From: Myxococcales bacterium
Lineage (GTDB): Bacteria; Myxococcota; Myxococcia; Myxococcales; 40CM-4-68-19
Reading direction: 5' to 3'
NCBI GenBank assembly: GCA_035498355.1
Contig: DATKAG010000263.1
Location: 1-33,289 of the forward strand
DNA: 33,289 nucleotides
In this document: positions 10,675 to 20,770 of the stretch, one piece after another
Layout: every line of letters begins with the position of its first letter
Numbering within the stretch: the first letter of the stretch is position 1
Translations under genes and position numbers: made by a program
Notes under the pieces: model-generated
Told to the model about the DNA's origin: nothing
Database searches by the model: none
What the model saw: the letters and a program-made list of their open reading frames with translations, nothing else

Positions 10675-10690
10675 CCCCGGTGTCCCGCCG

Positions 10691-11896
10691 ATGATCACCC
10701 CTCTCGAGGAAGCCCTGGCCGCCATCGCGGCCCGGGCGCGGCCGCTGGAAGCGGAAGCGGTGCCCCTGGCCGAGGCGCACGGCCGGGTGCTGGCCGAAGG
10801 GGTGCGGGCGCTGCGCGATCAGCCCGCCACCGACGTCTCGATGATGGACGGCTACGCGCTGCGCGCCGCCGACGCCCGGCAGCCTTTGCGGGTGGCGGGC
10901 GAGATCGCGGCCGGCGACGCGCCCTGGTCGCGCCCCCTCCAGCCCGGGGAAGCCGCGCGCATCTTCACCGGCGCGCCCCTGCCTCCGGGCGCGGACTGCG
11001 TGGTGATGCAGGAGCAGGCCGCGCGCGAAGGGGACTCGCTGCGCGTGCAGCAGCCGCCCAAGGCGGGACAGCACATCCGCCGCCGGGGAGAGGAGCTGAC
11101 CGCCGGCGGGGAGGCCCTGCCCCCGGGGCGGACCCTGGACGGATCCGACCTGGCGCTGGCGGCGGCCTGCGGGGCGTCGGTCGTGCGCGCGCACCGGCGG
11201 CCGCGGGTGGCGGTGCTCTGCACCGGAAGCGAGCTGGTGCCGCTGGGCGCCACCCCGCCGCCGGGGAAGATCGTGGAGACCAACGGCCTGACCCTGGCGG
11301 CGCTCTGCCGGGAGGCCGGCGCCGAGGTCGAACGGCTGGGGATCGCGCCCGACACCGTGGAGCAGATCGCCGGCAAGCTGGGCGCCGCGAAGGCCGACAT
11401 CCTGGTCACCACCGGCGGCGCCTCGGTGGGCGATCACGATCACGCCCAGGCGGCGCTGGAGCGGCTGGGGGGAAGCCTGGTCTTCCACTCCGTCGCCATC
11501 CGGCCGGGGAAGCCCATCCTCTTCGGCCAGGCTTCGGGGGGCCGCCTGGTCTTCGGGCTCCCCGGCAATCCCGCCGCGGCCACCCTGGGGTTCGAGCTCT
11601 TCGTCCGCCTCGCCATCCGCTTGCTCTCGGGCGACGGCAATCCCTCCCGGCCCCGGGCCCGGGCGCGCCTGCGCGGGGCGGTCTCGCGGGTGAAGGGGCT
11701 GACCCACTTTCCCCGGGGCCGGGTGGGCGCCAGCGGATCGCAGCTCGTCTTCACCCCCGCCGCGCAGCAGAGCAGCATGCAGATCTCCTCCTGGTCGGGG
11801 GCGAACGCGGTGGCGATGATCCCGCCCGGCGAGGGCCTCGTCCCCGAAGGGACGGAGGTCGACGTCCTCCTGGTCGCCCCGTTATCGCCGGCGTGA
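10691..11896 (+). CDS. moeA: Molybdopterin molybdenumtransferase MoeA
   Basis: N-terminal EALAAI...PLAEAHGRVLAE, then DVSMMDGYALRAAD. TGGASVGDHD and PGNPAAA motifs typical of MoeA/gephyrin E domain. Confidence 0.9.
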   Translation: MITPLEEALAAIAARARPLEAEAVPLAEAHGRVLAEGVRALRDQPATDVSMMDGYALRAADARQPLRVAGEIAAGDAPWSRPLQPGEAARIFTGAPLPPGADCVVMQEQAAREGDSLRVQQPPKAGQHIRRRGEELTAGGEALPPGRTLDGSDLALAAACGASVVRAHRRPRVAVLCTGSELVPLGATPPPGKIVETNGLTLAALCREAGAEVERLGIAPDTVEQIAGKLGAAKADILVTTGGASVGDHDHAQAALERLGGSLVFHSVAIRPGKPILFGQASGGRLVFGLPGNPAAATLGFELFVRLAIRLLSGDGNPSRPRARARLRGAVSRVKGLTHFPRGRVGASGSQLVFTPAAQQSSMQISSWSGANAVAMIPPGEGLVPEGTEVDVLLVAPLSPA

Positions 11897-12256
11897 GCGG
11901 GGCCGGGCCGCGCGGGTGGCGGCCCGCTTGGGCGCCACGGCCGCGTAGCTCTCGTCGATCCACTGCTTGAGCAGGTCCACGGGGACGTCCTCCTTCGCCT
12001 CGAAGCGCGCGCTCACCCAGCCGGCCTTGCCCAGGCCGTACCCGGTGGGCTCGGCGAAGGAGAACATGGTGATGGCCGCCTCGCCCGAGTCGGAGAGCTT
12101 GCAGGAGAGGCCGTAGCCGTAGTCCGGATGGCCGAGGAAGACGAAGACCTTCTTGCCCACCTTGTAGACGGTCTCGCCCCAGGGATCGTCCTCCCAGGCC
12201 CCCGGCTTCCCCGCCGCGTGCTTCTTCAGGGCCTTCCAGGCGGCGGCGGGCCTCAT
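11882..12256 (-). CDS. MmcQ/YjbR-family (DUF419-like) protein
   Basis: [18 protein letters not shown] ... GWVSARFE ... LKQWIDESY matches my memory of the YjbR/MmcQ family. The start overlaps the iscX stop (ATGA at 12253-12256). Confidence 0.75.
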   Translation of the reverse strand: MRPAAAWKALKKHAAGKPGAWEDDPWGETVYKVGKKVFVFLGHPDYGYGLSCKLSDSGEAAITMFSFAEPTGYGLGKAGWVSARFEAKEDVPVDLLKQWIDESYAAVAPKRAATRAARPRSRRR

Positions 12257-12459
12257 TCGCGCTCGTCCAGCCAGGCCATCTGGATGGCCTCGAGGATCTT
12301 CTCGTTCGACTTGTTCGGGTCGTCGGAGAAGCCGGGCAGCTCGCGCACCCAGCGGTGCAGGTCGGTGAAGCGCACGGAGAGCGGGTCGGTGTCGGGGAAC
12401 TTCTCGTGCAGGGCGATGCCGATCTCCCGCACGTCCTGCCAGGTCAGCTTCTGGGGCAT
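12253..12459 (-). CDS. iscX: Fe-S cluster assembly protein IscX (YfhJ)
   Basis: 68-aa acidic protein starting [38 protein letters not shown], typical of IscX. Positioned immediately after fdx. Confidence 0.85.
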   Translation of the reverse strand: MPQKLTWQDVREIGIALHEKFPDTDPLSVRFTDLHRWVRELPGFSDDPNKSNEKILEAIQMAWLDERE

Positions 12460-12460
12460 G

Positions 12461-12840
12461 TCACTTCGGCGGCCACGTGCCCGCGGCCTCCGCCTCGTGC
12501 CGTTCCTTGGGGTGCTCGTCGTACCAGGTGCGCTCCGACTCCTCGGTGATCTGGTAGACCACGTCCTCTCCGTCCAGCTCCGCCTGGCAGCCGAGGCGCG
12601 AGTACGCCTTCACGTCGTAGGCCTTGTCCAGCTGGTCCGCCTCGCCGTCCTCCATGTCGGAGAGCGACTGGGCGCCCTTCTTCACCCAGACGTGGCAGGT
12701 GGAGCAGGCGCAGACGCCGCCGCAGGCGGAGCCGTGCTTCGCCCCCAGGTTCAACGAGGCCTGGAGCAGCGATCGTCCGGCCGGGACCTCGCCCTCCGCC
12801 ACCAGCTCGCCGCGCGGATCGTAGATGGTCACCTTCGGCA

Positions 12841-12841
<1 letters not shown>
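12461..12841 (-). CDS. fdx: ISC-type [2Fe-2S] ferredoxin (adrenodoxin-like Fdx)
   Basis: Cluster ligands in [15 protein letters not shown] and SRLGCQAEL. The ATG at 12841 shares one nt with the hscA stop. Confidence 0.9.
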
Positions 12842-14759
<1,918 letters not shown>

Positions 14760-14760
<1 letters not shown>

Positions 14761-15353
14761 CAGAGCTCCGCCGCGCGCCCCTCCACCTCGTCGAGGTAGC
14801 GGGCGTAGTAGCGCATCCGCGCCAGCAGCTCGGCCGCCTTGGCCAGGTCGCCGCCGCCTTCCACCAGGGTCCGCACCTCCCGCAGGGTGCGGTCGCGCTT
14901 CTCCCGGACCGCGCCGGCCAGGGGCTCCAGCGGCTCGCCGGAAGCCTTGGCCTCCATCAGGCGCTCCCGGTCCTCCAGCGTCTGCTCGAGGAACTCGGGC
15001 GACATCTTCGGGTCGCCCTGGATTCCCCGCAGCGCCAGCAGGTGCTCGGCGCGCCGCACCGGGTCCTTCAAGGCCTTGTAGGCCTCGTTGAGCCGGGTGG
15101 TCTGCTCCAGCGCGAACCTCCGCTCCTGCGGGCTGGCGCGGGCGACGCGGTCGGGGTGCAGCTTGCGCGAGAGCGCCCGGTAGCGGTCGTCGAGGTCCTC
15201 GGGCTCGTCGAACGAGCCGGGAAGGCCCAGCACCGCGAACTTGTCGGGCTGGCTGCCGGCCGGAGGGGGAGGCTGCACCTTTCCGCAGGACGGGCAGACC
15301 GGATCCGCCGCCGCGTGTGGGTGGCCGCAGCTCCAGCACTTGCGCGTGTCCAT
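14760..15353 (-). CDS. hscB: Fe-S co-chaperone HscB (J-domain) with N-terminal tetracysteine finger
   Basis: J-domain HPD motif in [10 protein letters not shown]-terminal helical domain [12 protein letters not shown]-terminal CWSCG-x10-CPSCG. Stop shares one nt with the hscA start. Confidence 0.9.
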
Positions 15354-15356
15354 GGC

Positions 15357-15698
15357 TCAAACCGTGAAGGACTCGCCGCACCCGCACTCGCTCTTCACCT
15401 GCGGGTTGACGAACTTGAAGCCCTTCTGCTGGAAGGTGTCGACGAAGTCGAAGGTGGTGCCGTTCAGGTAGATGAGGCTCTTGGGGTCGACGTACACCTT
15501 GGCCCCGTCCACCTCGAAGACCTTGTCCTTGCCCCGGGGCGTGTCGCAGTACTCGATCACGTAGCTCATCCCCGAGCAGCCCCCGCCCTTCACTCCCAGG
15601 CGCACGCCGCTGCGCTCGTTGCTCTGGGCGCGCCTGGCCAGCTGGTTCTTGATCTCCAGCGCGGCCCGGGCGGTGACGTTGACGCGGGGCTCAGCCAT
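15357..15698 (-). CDS. iscA: Fe-S cluster insertion/carrier protein IscA (HesB family)
   Basis: GGGCSGMSY and the C-terminal CGCGESF signature. The start may instead be the in-frame GTG at 15683. Confidence 0.9.
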   Translation of the reverse strand: MAEPRVNVTARAALEIKNQLARRAQSNERSGVRLGVKGGGCSGMSYVIEYCDTPRGKDKVFEVDGAKVYVDPKSLIYLNGTTFDFVDTFQQKGFKFVNPQVKSECGCGESFTV

Positions 15699-16119
15699 CG
15701 ATCCTCTTCTCCTCCCCCTTGGCCTCGGGCTGGACGGCCGCGCCCCGCTTCTTCTTCCAGTCGGCGATGGCGGCCTTGATGGCGTCCTCGGCCAGCACCG
15801 AGCAGTGGATCTTCACCGGGGGCAGCGCCAGCTCCTTGGCGATCTGCGTGTTCTTGATGGTCATCGCCTCGTCCACCGACTTGCCCTTCACCCACTCGGT
15901 GACCAGGGAGGAGGAGGCGATGGCGGACCCGCAGCCGAAGGTCTTGAACCTGGCGTCCTCGATCTTCCCGTCGTCGCTGATCTTGACTTGAAGTCGCATC
16001 ACGTCGCCGCAGGCGGGGGCCCCCACCAGCCCGGTGCCCACGTTCGGGTCGTTCTTGTCCAGCGTTCCGACGTTACGCGGGTTCTCGTAGTGATCCAGGA
16101 CCTTGTCGCCGTAAGCCAT
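15691..16119 (-). CDS. iscU: Fe-S cluster scaffold IscU
   Basis: VLDHYENPRNVG, GAPACGDVM, FKTFGCGSAIASSS, LPPVKIHCSVLAEDA. All three cluster Cys and the LPPVK HscA-binding motif are present. Confidence 0.95.
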   Translation of the reverse strand: MAYGDKVLDHYENPRNVGTLDKNDPNVGTGLVGAPACGDVMRLQVKISDDGKIEDARFKTFGCGSAIASSSLVTEWVKGKSVDEAMTIKNTQIAKELALPPVKIHCSVLAEDAIKAAIADWKKKRGAAVQPEAKGEEKRIDG

Positions 16120-16143
16120 GCTCGTCTCCTGTGAGTGCTGTGG

Positions 16144-17361
16144 CTAATGGGCCGCCCACTCGATCTTGGAAAGGTCGATCCCTTCGCGCGCCATCTCGTA
16201 CAAGGGGCTCATCTCCCGCAGCCGCTGCACCTGCTCGACCACGTACTTGCCCACGTAGTCCACTTCCTCTTCCGTGTTGAACCTTCCGATGCCGAAGCGG
16301 ATGGAGGTGTGCGCCAGATCCTCGCTCACTCCGCAAGCCCGCAAGACGTAGGAGGGCTCCAGGCTGGCGCTGGTGCAGGCGGACCCCGAGGAGACGGCCA
16401 CGTTCTTGATGGCCATCATCAGGGCCTCCCCCTCCACGTAGGCGAAGCTGACGTTCAGGTTGCCGGGCAGCCGCTCGGTGGGGTGCCCGTTCAGCTCCAG
16501 GTGGTCGAGGTGGCTGAAGAGGTAGTCCTGCAGCTTGCGCCGCAGCTGGTAGGTGCGCTTCGACTCCTCGGGCATCAGCTCCTGCGCCAGCGCCGCCGCC
16601 TTGCCGAAGCCCACGATGCCCGGCACGTTCAGGGTCCCGCTGCGCATCCCCCGCTCGTGGCCGCCGCCGTCGATGATGGGGGCGATGCGCACCCGCGGCT
16701 TGCGCCGCACCCAGAGGGCGCCGATGCCCTTGGGTCCGTAGATCTTGTGCCCGGAGAGCGAGGCCAGGTCGACCTTCATCTTCTCCACGTCGAAGGGCAC
16801 CTTGCCCACGCCCTGGACCGCGTCCACGTGGAAGAGGACGCCCTTCTCGCGGGTGACCTCGCCCAGCTCCGCGATGGGCTGCAGGGTGCCGATCTCGTTG
16901 TTCGCCAGCATCGCCGAGACGAGGATGGTCTTGTCGGTGATCGCCTCGCGCAGCTGCCCCGCGCTGATCCGCCCGTCCTTGTCGGTGGGAAGGTAGGTGA
17001 CCTCGCACCCCTGCCGCTCCAGGCGCTTCATGGTGTCGAGCGTCGCCTTGTGCTCGGTGCGGACGGTGATCAGGTGGTTGCCCTTGTCCTTGTAGAACTC
17101 GGCCGCCCCCTTGAGCGCCAGGTTGATGCTCTCGGTGGCGCCGGAGGTGAAGACGATCTCCTTCTCGTTCCCCCCGATCAGGGAGGCGATCTGCTCCCGG
17201 GCGCGGTCCACCGCCTCCTCCGCCTTCCAGCCGAAGGGGTGGCTGCGCGAGGCCGCGTTGCCGAACTCGGTGGTCAGGTACGGCATCATCGCCTCCAGCA
17301 CCCGCGGATCGAGCGGGGTGGTGGCGTTGTTGTCCATGTAGATGGGAAGCATGATCGGCAT
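16144..17361 (-). CDS. iscS: Cysteine desulfurase IscS
   Basis: [18 protein letters not shown]-terminus, [13 protein letters not shown]-lysine motif, SSGSACTS active-site Cys loop. The alternative ATG at 17352 aligns better with the E. coli N-terminus. Confidence 0.95.
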   Translation of the reverse strand: MPIMLPIYMDNNATTPLDPRVLEAMMPYLTTEFGNAASRSHPFGWKAEEAVDRAREQIASLIGGNEKEIVFTSGATESINLALKGAAEFYKDKGNHLITVRTEHKATLDTMKRLERQGCEVTYLPTDKDGRISAGQLREAITDKTILVSAMLANNEIGTLQPIAELGEVTREKGVLFHVDAVQGVGKVPFDVEKMKVDLASLSGHKIYGPKGIGALWVRRKPRVRIAPIIDGGGHERGMRSGTLNVPGIVGFGKAAALAQELMPEESKRTYQLRRKLQDYLFSHLDHLELNGHPTERLPGNLNVSFAYVEGEALMMAIKNVAVSSGSACTSASLEPSYVLRACGVSEDLAHTSIRFGIGRFNTEEEVDYVGKYVVEQVQRLREMSPLYEMAREGIDLSKIEWAAH

Positions 17362-17389
17362 GTGGACCCTAATGTGGACTGGACTGGTC
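17360..17389. repeat. Short direct repeats in the iscS leader: ATGTGGAC x2 (12-nt period) and TGGAC/TGGAC/TGGTC tandem pentamers
   Basis: Plus strand: ATGTGGAC at 17360-17367 (overlapping the iscS start codon) and at 17372-17379. TGGAC TGGAC TGGTC at 17375-17389. All lie between the -10 box and the iscS ATG. Confidence 0.6.
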
Positions 17390-17390
17390 T

Positions 17391-17417
17391 ATTATAACCC
17401 GCCCCGCTGCGGGTCAA
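17391..17417 (-). promoter_or_regulatory. Near-consensus sigma70 promoter for the isc operon
   Basis: The minus strand reads TTGACC (17417-17412), a 15-nt GC-rich spacer containing the inverted repeat CCCGC..GCGGG, then a perfect TATAAT (17396-17391). It lies about 30 nt upstream of the iscS ATG. The spacer is shorter than the optimal 17 nt. Confidence 0.5.
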
Positions 17418-17442
17418 GGCATGCGCGGTTAGGATGGCGCCG

Positions 17443-18804
17443 ATGAAGAAGTGGGTTTCCAGGCTGGTTCTGGCCCTGGCGATCGGGCTCTTGCTCCCGT
17501 TTCTTCCGGGCTTTTTGACGCAGAGCGTCGGACCCGGTGCCGACCTGTCGGGCAAGCTGGGCCTGGGGACCGGGGTTTCGCTCGCCACCTTCGCCGTGCT
17601 CTTCGCTGGCGGGGTCCTCACCAGCCTCACGCCCTGCGTCTACCCGCTCATCCCCATCACCGTGAGCATCTTCGGCGCCCGCCAGCCGGAGCACCGCGGC
17701 CGATCGGTAGCGCTTTCAGCTACCTACGTGGGCGGAATCGCGGCGATGTACTCCGCGCTCGGGCTCTTCGCCGCCCTCTCCGGCAAGGCCTTCGGGACGG
17801 TCCTCTCCTCGCCGGCGGTGGTCGTGCTGCTCGCCCTCTTCCTCGCCGCGCTGGCGGCGAGCATGTTCGGGGCCTTCGACATCGCGGTGCCGGCGGGGCT
17901 GCAGCAGAGGCTCGCCTCGGTGACGGGCAAGGGTTTCGCCCACGCCTTCGGCATGGGGCTGGTGGCGGGGATCATCGCGGCGCCCTGCACCGGGCCGGTG
18001 CTGGCCGGGGTCCTCACCTACGTGGCCACGCAGCGCAGCGCGCTGCTCGGCTTCTGGATGCTCTTCACCTACGCCTTGGGCATGGGGCTGCTCTTCTTCC
18101 TCCTCGGGGCCACCTCGCTGCGGCTGCCCCGCTCGGGCGCCTGGATGGAGACGGTGAAGAGTGTGCTCGGCGTGGCCCTCCTGGCGGCGGCGGTGGGGCT
18201 CTTGCTGCCCTTCCTTCCCCGCCCCGGTCCGTTGCCGCTCTCCGCGCGTTCGCTGGGGCTGCTGGCCGGAGCGCTGGCGTTCGCCGGCGTGCTCGCCGGA
18301 GCGCTCAGCCTCTCCTTCCACGGGGCGGCGCGGGAGAAGGCGATGAAGCTGGGCGCCCTGGTGCTGCTGGTCGGCGGCGTCGGGCTGCGCTTCGGCTGGG
18401 CGGGAGCGCCGCGGGCCGACAAGGCCTTCCAGATCCCCTGGCTGAAGGACGAGAAGCTGGCCGTGCGCGAGTCGCTCTCCACCGGCCGCCCGCTGCTCAT
18501 CGACTTCTCCGCCGAGTGGTGCGCGGCCTGCAAGGAGCTGGACGTGCACACCTGGACGGACCCGGTGGTGGCCAGGGAGGTGTCCGATCGCTTCGTGGCC
18601 CTGAAGATCGACGCCACCGACGAGACGGAGGAGATCAACCAGCTCACCAACAAGTACGGCGTTCCCGGCCTCCCCACGGTGCTGATGATGGCCTGCAAGG
18701 ACGAGCGCCCGCCGGAGTGCGCGGTGCCGGGCGAAGGGCCCGCCCGGGTGACGGGGTTCCTTGGCCCGCCGGAGATGCTGGAGCGGTTGAGGCGCGTCCA
18801 GTGA
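17443..18804 (+). CDS. dsbD: DsbD-like thiol:disulfide electron transporter (CcdA/DsbD TM domain fused to C-terminal thioredoxin domain, no obvious alpha domain)
   Basis: TM Cys motifs LTPCVYPLIP and AAPCTGPVLAG. C-terminal thioredoxin WCAACKELD plus YGVPGLPTV. AGGA Shine-Dalgarno 8 nt before the ATG at 17443 (the ORF track starts at 17434). Confidence 0.85.
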   Translation: MKKWVSRLVLALAIGLLLPFLPGFLTQSVGPGADLSGKLGLGTGVSLATFAVLFAGGVLTSLTPCVYPLIPITVSIFGARQPEHRGRSVALSATYVGGIAAMYSALGLFAALSGKAFGTVLSSPAVVVLLALFLAALAASMFGAFDIAVPAGLQQRLASVTGKGFAHAFGMGLVAGIIAAPCTGPVLAGVLTYVATQRSALLGFWMLFTYALGMGLLFFLLGATSLRLPRSGAWMETVKSVLGVALLAAAVGLLLPFLPRPGPLPLSARSLGLLAGALAFAGVLAGALSLSFHGAAREKAMKLGALVLLVGGVGLRFGWAGAPRADKAFQIPWLKDEKLAVRESLSTGRPLLIDFSAEWCAACKELDVHTWTDPVVAREVSDRFVALKIDATDETEEINQLTNKYGVPGLPTVLMMACKDERPPECAVPGEGPARVTGFLGPPEMLERLRRVQ

Positions 18805-18977
18805 AGCGCGCTTTGCTCGCGCTCCTCGCCGCCGCCGGCTGCGGCCACGGCGACGCGGCCCTGAGGGAGGAGCAGGCCACGGCGCGGAAGTACCGGGACG
18901 CGTACGAGGCGCAGGTGAAGGTGAATGCGGAGCTGAAGAAGAAGATGGCGGAATTGGAAGCGAAGAACTGCCGTTGA
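18801..18977 (+). CDS. Small helical lipoprotein (58 aa precursor)
   Basis: The GTG at 18801 overlaps the dsbD stop (GTGA). Lipobox LLAAAGC. The mature part is a charged helix, ALREEQATARKYRDAYEAQVKVNAELKKKMAELEAKNCR. Taken from the tail of a longer shadow ORF (17451..18977). Confidence 0.5.
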   Translation: MKRALLALLAAAGCGHGDAALREEQATARKYRDAYEAQVKVNAELKKKMAELEAKNCR

Positions 18978-18990
18978 CGTGATCGTTGGC

Positions 18991-19032
18991 GTTGACGTGG
19001 ACGTCGCCGTCCACGTCCACGTCCACGTCAAC
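18991..19032. terminator. 13-bp perfect inverted repeat with GTCCAC hexamer repeats between convergent genes
   Basis: GTTGACGTGGACG (18991-19003) pairs with CGTCCACGTCAAC (19020-19032). The loop contains further GTCCAC units, which allow slipped registers. The right arm overlaps the kinase stop codon (19028-19030). No U-tract. Confidence 0.5.
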
Positions 19033-20707
19033 GACTGAGAGGCGCTGAGAGCGCCCGCCTGATCGCGGCCAGCAGCGATTCCGGCGCGAACGGCTTCTCC
19101 ACGAACGCTTCGCAGCGCAGCTCCCGGGCGGCCGCGGCCACCTCGCGGTCGGCGGAGAAGAGCACCACCCGGGGCGAGAGGCCCTCCGCGCGCACCGCGG
19201 CGAGCAGGGCGCGGCCGTCCATGTCCGGCATGCGCAGGTCGAGCACCAGCGCGTCCGGGGGCCGGGACTTGATCTTCGCCAGCGCGGCCCGGCCGCCGCC
19301 GGCCCAGCCGGCCTCGAAGCCGTGCTCGGCGAGGAACTCCGCCATCATCCGCGCGATCGGCTCGTCGTCGTCGACCACCAGCACGCTGCCTTCGCCCCCG
19401 CCCTGCCGCCCGGGAGCGCTCTGGCGGACGGGGAGCTGGAGGACGAAGGCATGGGGCCGGGCGGAGAGCAAACCGCCGTGCAGCTCGGCGGCCTTGCGGG
19501 CGATGGTCAGGGCCATCCCCAGGCCCTGGCGCTGCCCCTGGGGCACCTCCCAGCGGGGGTCGAGGGCGTGCGCCGGATCGGGCAAGGGGTCCCCGCTCCA
19601 TTCCACCCGCACCTCGGCCTGCCCTCCCTGGCGCAGGGCCTGGACGCGCACCGGGCCCAGGCTGCGGGCGCGCAGCACCATGGCGGTGAGGGCGCGCTCG
19701 ATGCGCTCGCGGTCCGCGAGCAAGGGGAGGGAAGGCTCGACCTGCGCCTCCACGTCGGCGGCCGCCCCCAGGCGCCGCAGCGAGCGGCGGGAGGCGTCCA
19801 CCAGCTCGGCCATCTCGCACGGCTCCTGGTGGAGGAGGAAGCGGCCGGTCTCGATGCGCGAGACCTCCAGGGTTTCCTCCAAGAGGCCGTGGAGCCTCTC
19901 CGCCTGGCGCTCCAGCACCTGCACGTGGCGGGGATCGCAGGGCTCCCCCTTCTCCAGGCGCCGCGCCAGCGAGTAGGAGAAGCCCTTGATGCTGGTGAGG
20001 GGCGTCTTGAGCTCGTGCGCCGCCAGGGAGAGGAAGCGGTCCTTGCGCGACTCGCGCTCGGCCGCGGCCAGCACCGCGCCGGCCCGGGCGAGCAGCGGGC
20101 TCAGGCCCCGCAGGTCGCGGGAGGCGCCGCCGAAATGGACGGAGAGGGCGCCCACGATCTGCTGGTGGACGCGCAGCGGCACCGAGGCCGCGTCCCCTCC
20201 CCACTCGGGATGGCCGCTGCGGATCCCCCGCTCCGCCAGCTCGTGGGAACAGGGCAGCCCGTCGCTCCCCAGCATCTGCACGCCCGCCGCCGTGCGCAGG
20301 TGGACGGCGACGCCCGCCGCGCCGGTGAGCCGGCGGGCGATGACGGCGATGCGGCCGGCCAGCTCGCGGGTGTTCTCGCCCGCCAGGGCGGCGTCGACCA
20401 GCTGGGCCGCGGCCTCCGAGGCGAGGAAGGCAGACTCCACCCGGCGCTGCAGGGAGAAGAGGCGGCGCAGGCAGCGCAGGGCGGGGGCCTGCAGGGCGGA
20501 GCGCAGCGAGCCCCGGACGATGCGCGCCCCGTCGACCAGGATGCCGTGCGTCCGGGGCGGGGCCTCGGGCACGCCGTCCTGGGCGGACGGCCGCCGGAAC
20601 CATGCGGACCAGAATGGATGTCGCTGTGCAGGACGTAGATCGAGCACGCGGCGCAGGCTCCGGACCGGGGCCCCGTTTTCGCACCCCGGGCGTCGCAATC
20701 TGGGCAC
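19028..20707 (-). CDS. Hybrid sensor kinase: GAF-like region, HisKA, degenerate HATPase-like domain, C-terminal receiver
   Basis: H-box LAAHELKTPLTSIKG. Receiver VLVVDDDEPI...LVLDLRMPDMDG...VEKPF. The start is uncertain: GTG at 20707 or GTG at 20572. The lower-GC 20600-20770 stretch looks intergenic, which favours 20572. Confidence 0.8.
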   Translation of the reverse strand: MPRLRRPGCENGAPVRSLRRVLDLRPAQRHPFWSAWFRRPSAQDGVPEAPPRTHGILVDGARIVRGSLRSALQAPALRCLRRLFSLQRRVESAFLASEAAAQLVDAALAGENTRELAGRIAVIARRLTGAAGVAVHLRTAAGVQMLGSDGLPCSHELAERGIRSGHPEWGGDAASVPLRVHQQIVGALSVHFGGASRDLRGLSPLLARAGAVLAAAERESRKDRFLSLAAHELKTPLTSIKGFSYSLARRLEKGEPCDPRHVQVLERQAERLHGLLEETLEVSRIETGRFLLHQEPCEMAELVDASRRSLRRLGAAADVEAQVEPSLPLLADRERIERALTAMVLRARSLGPVRVQALRQGGQAEVRVEWSGDPLPDPAHALDPRWEVPQGQRQGLGMALTIARKAAELHGGLLSARPHAFVLQLPVRQSAPGRQGGGEGSVLVVDDDEPIARMMAEFLAEHGFEAGWAGGGRAALAKIKSRPPDALVLDLRMPDMDGRALLAAVRAEGLSPRVVLFSADREVAAAARELRCEAFVEKPFAPESLLAAIRRALSAPLSR

Positions 20708-20770
20708 GCCCGTCCGGACGCGAAACTGGGAAAAACGGGGGAATTCCTACCTCCGGCTGCGGCATGCGGG

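Noticed and set aside
17360-17400. IscR binding site in the iscS upstream region
   Set aside because: The sequence could not be aligned convincingly to either the type-1 (ATASYYGACTRWWWYAGTCRRSTAT) or the type-2 IscR motif. The repeats are reported as an unassigned element instead.
18991-19032. GTCCAC hexamer repeats as a CRISPR-like or minisatellite array
   Set aside because: Only about three or four short units are present, with no spacers and no cas genes. A simple palindrome or terminator between convergent genes explains it better.
18069-20765. 898-aa minus-strand ORF, plus similar long ORFs (289..1812 -, 21271..23652 -, 28623..31880 -, 3700..5175 +, 6086..7633 +, 7599..9248 +, 10406..11707 -, 12892..14799 +, 16135..17397 +, 29951..31672 +, 20602..21372 +)
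   Set aside because: These are typical GC-rich-genome shadow ORFs. They have extreme Arg/Pro/Gly/Ala content and no motifs. Each overlaps, on the opposite strand or in an alternative frame, a gene with clear family signatures and proper third-position GC bias.
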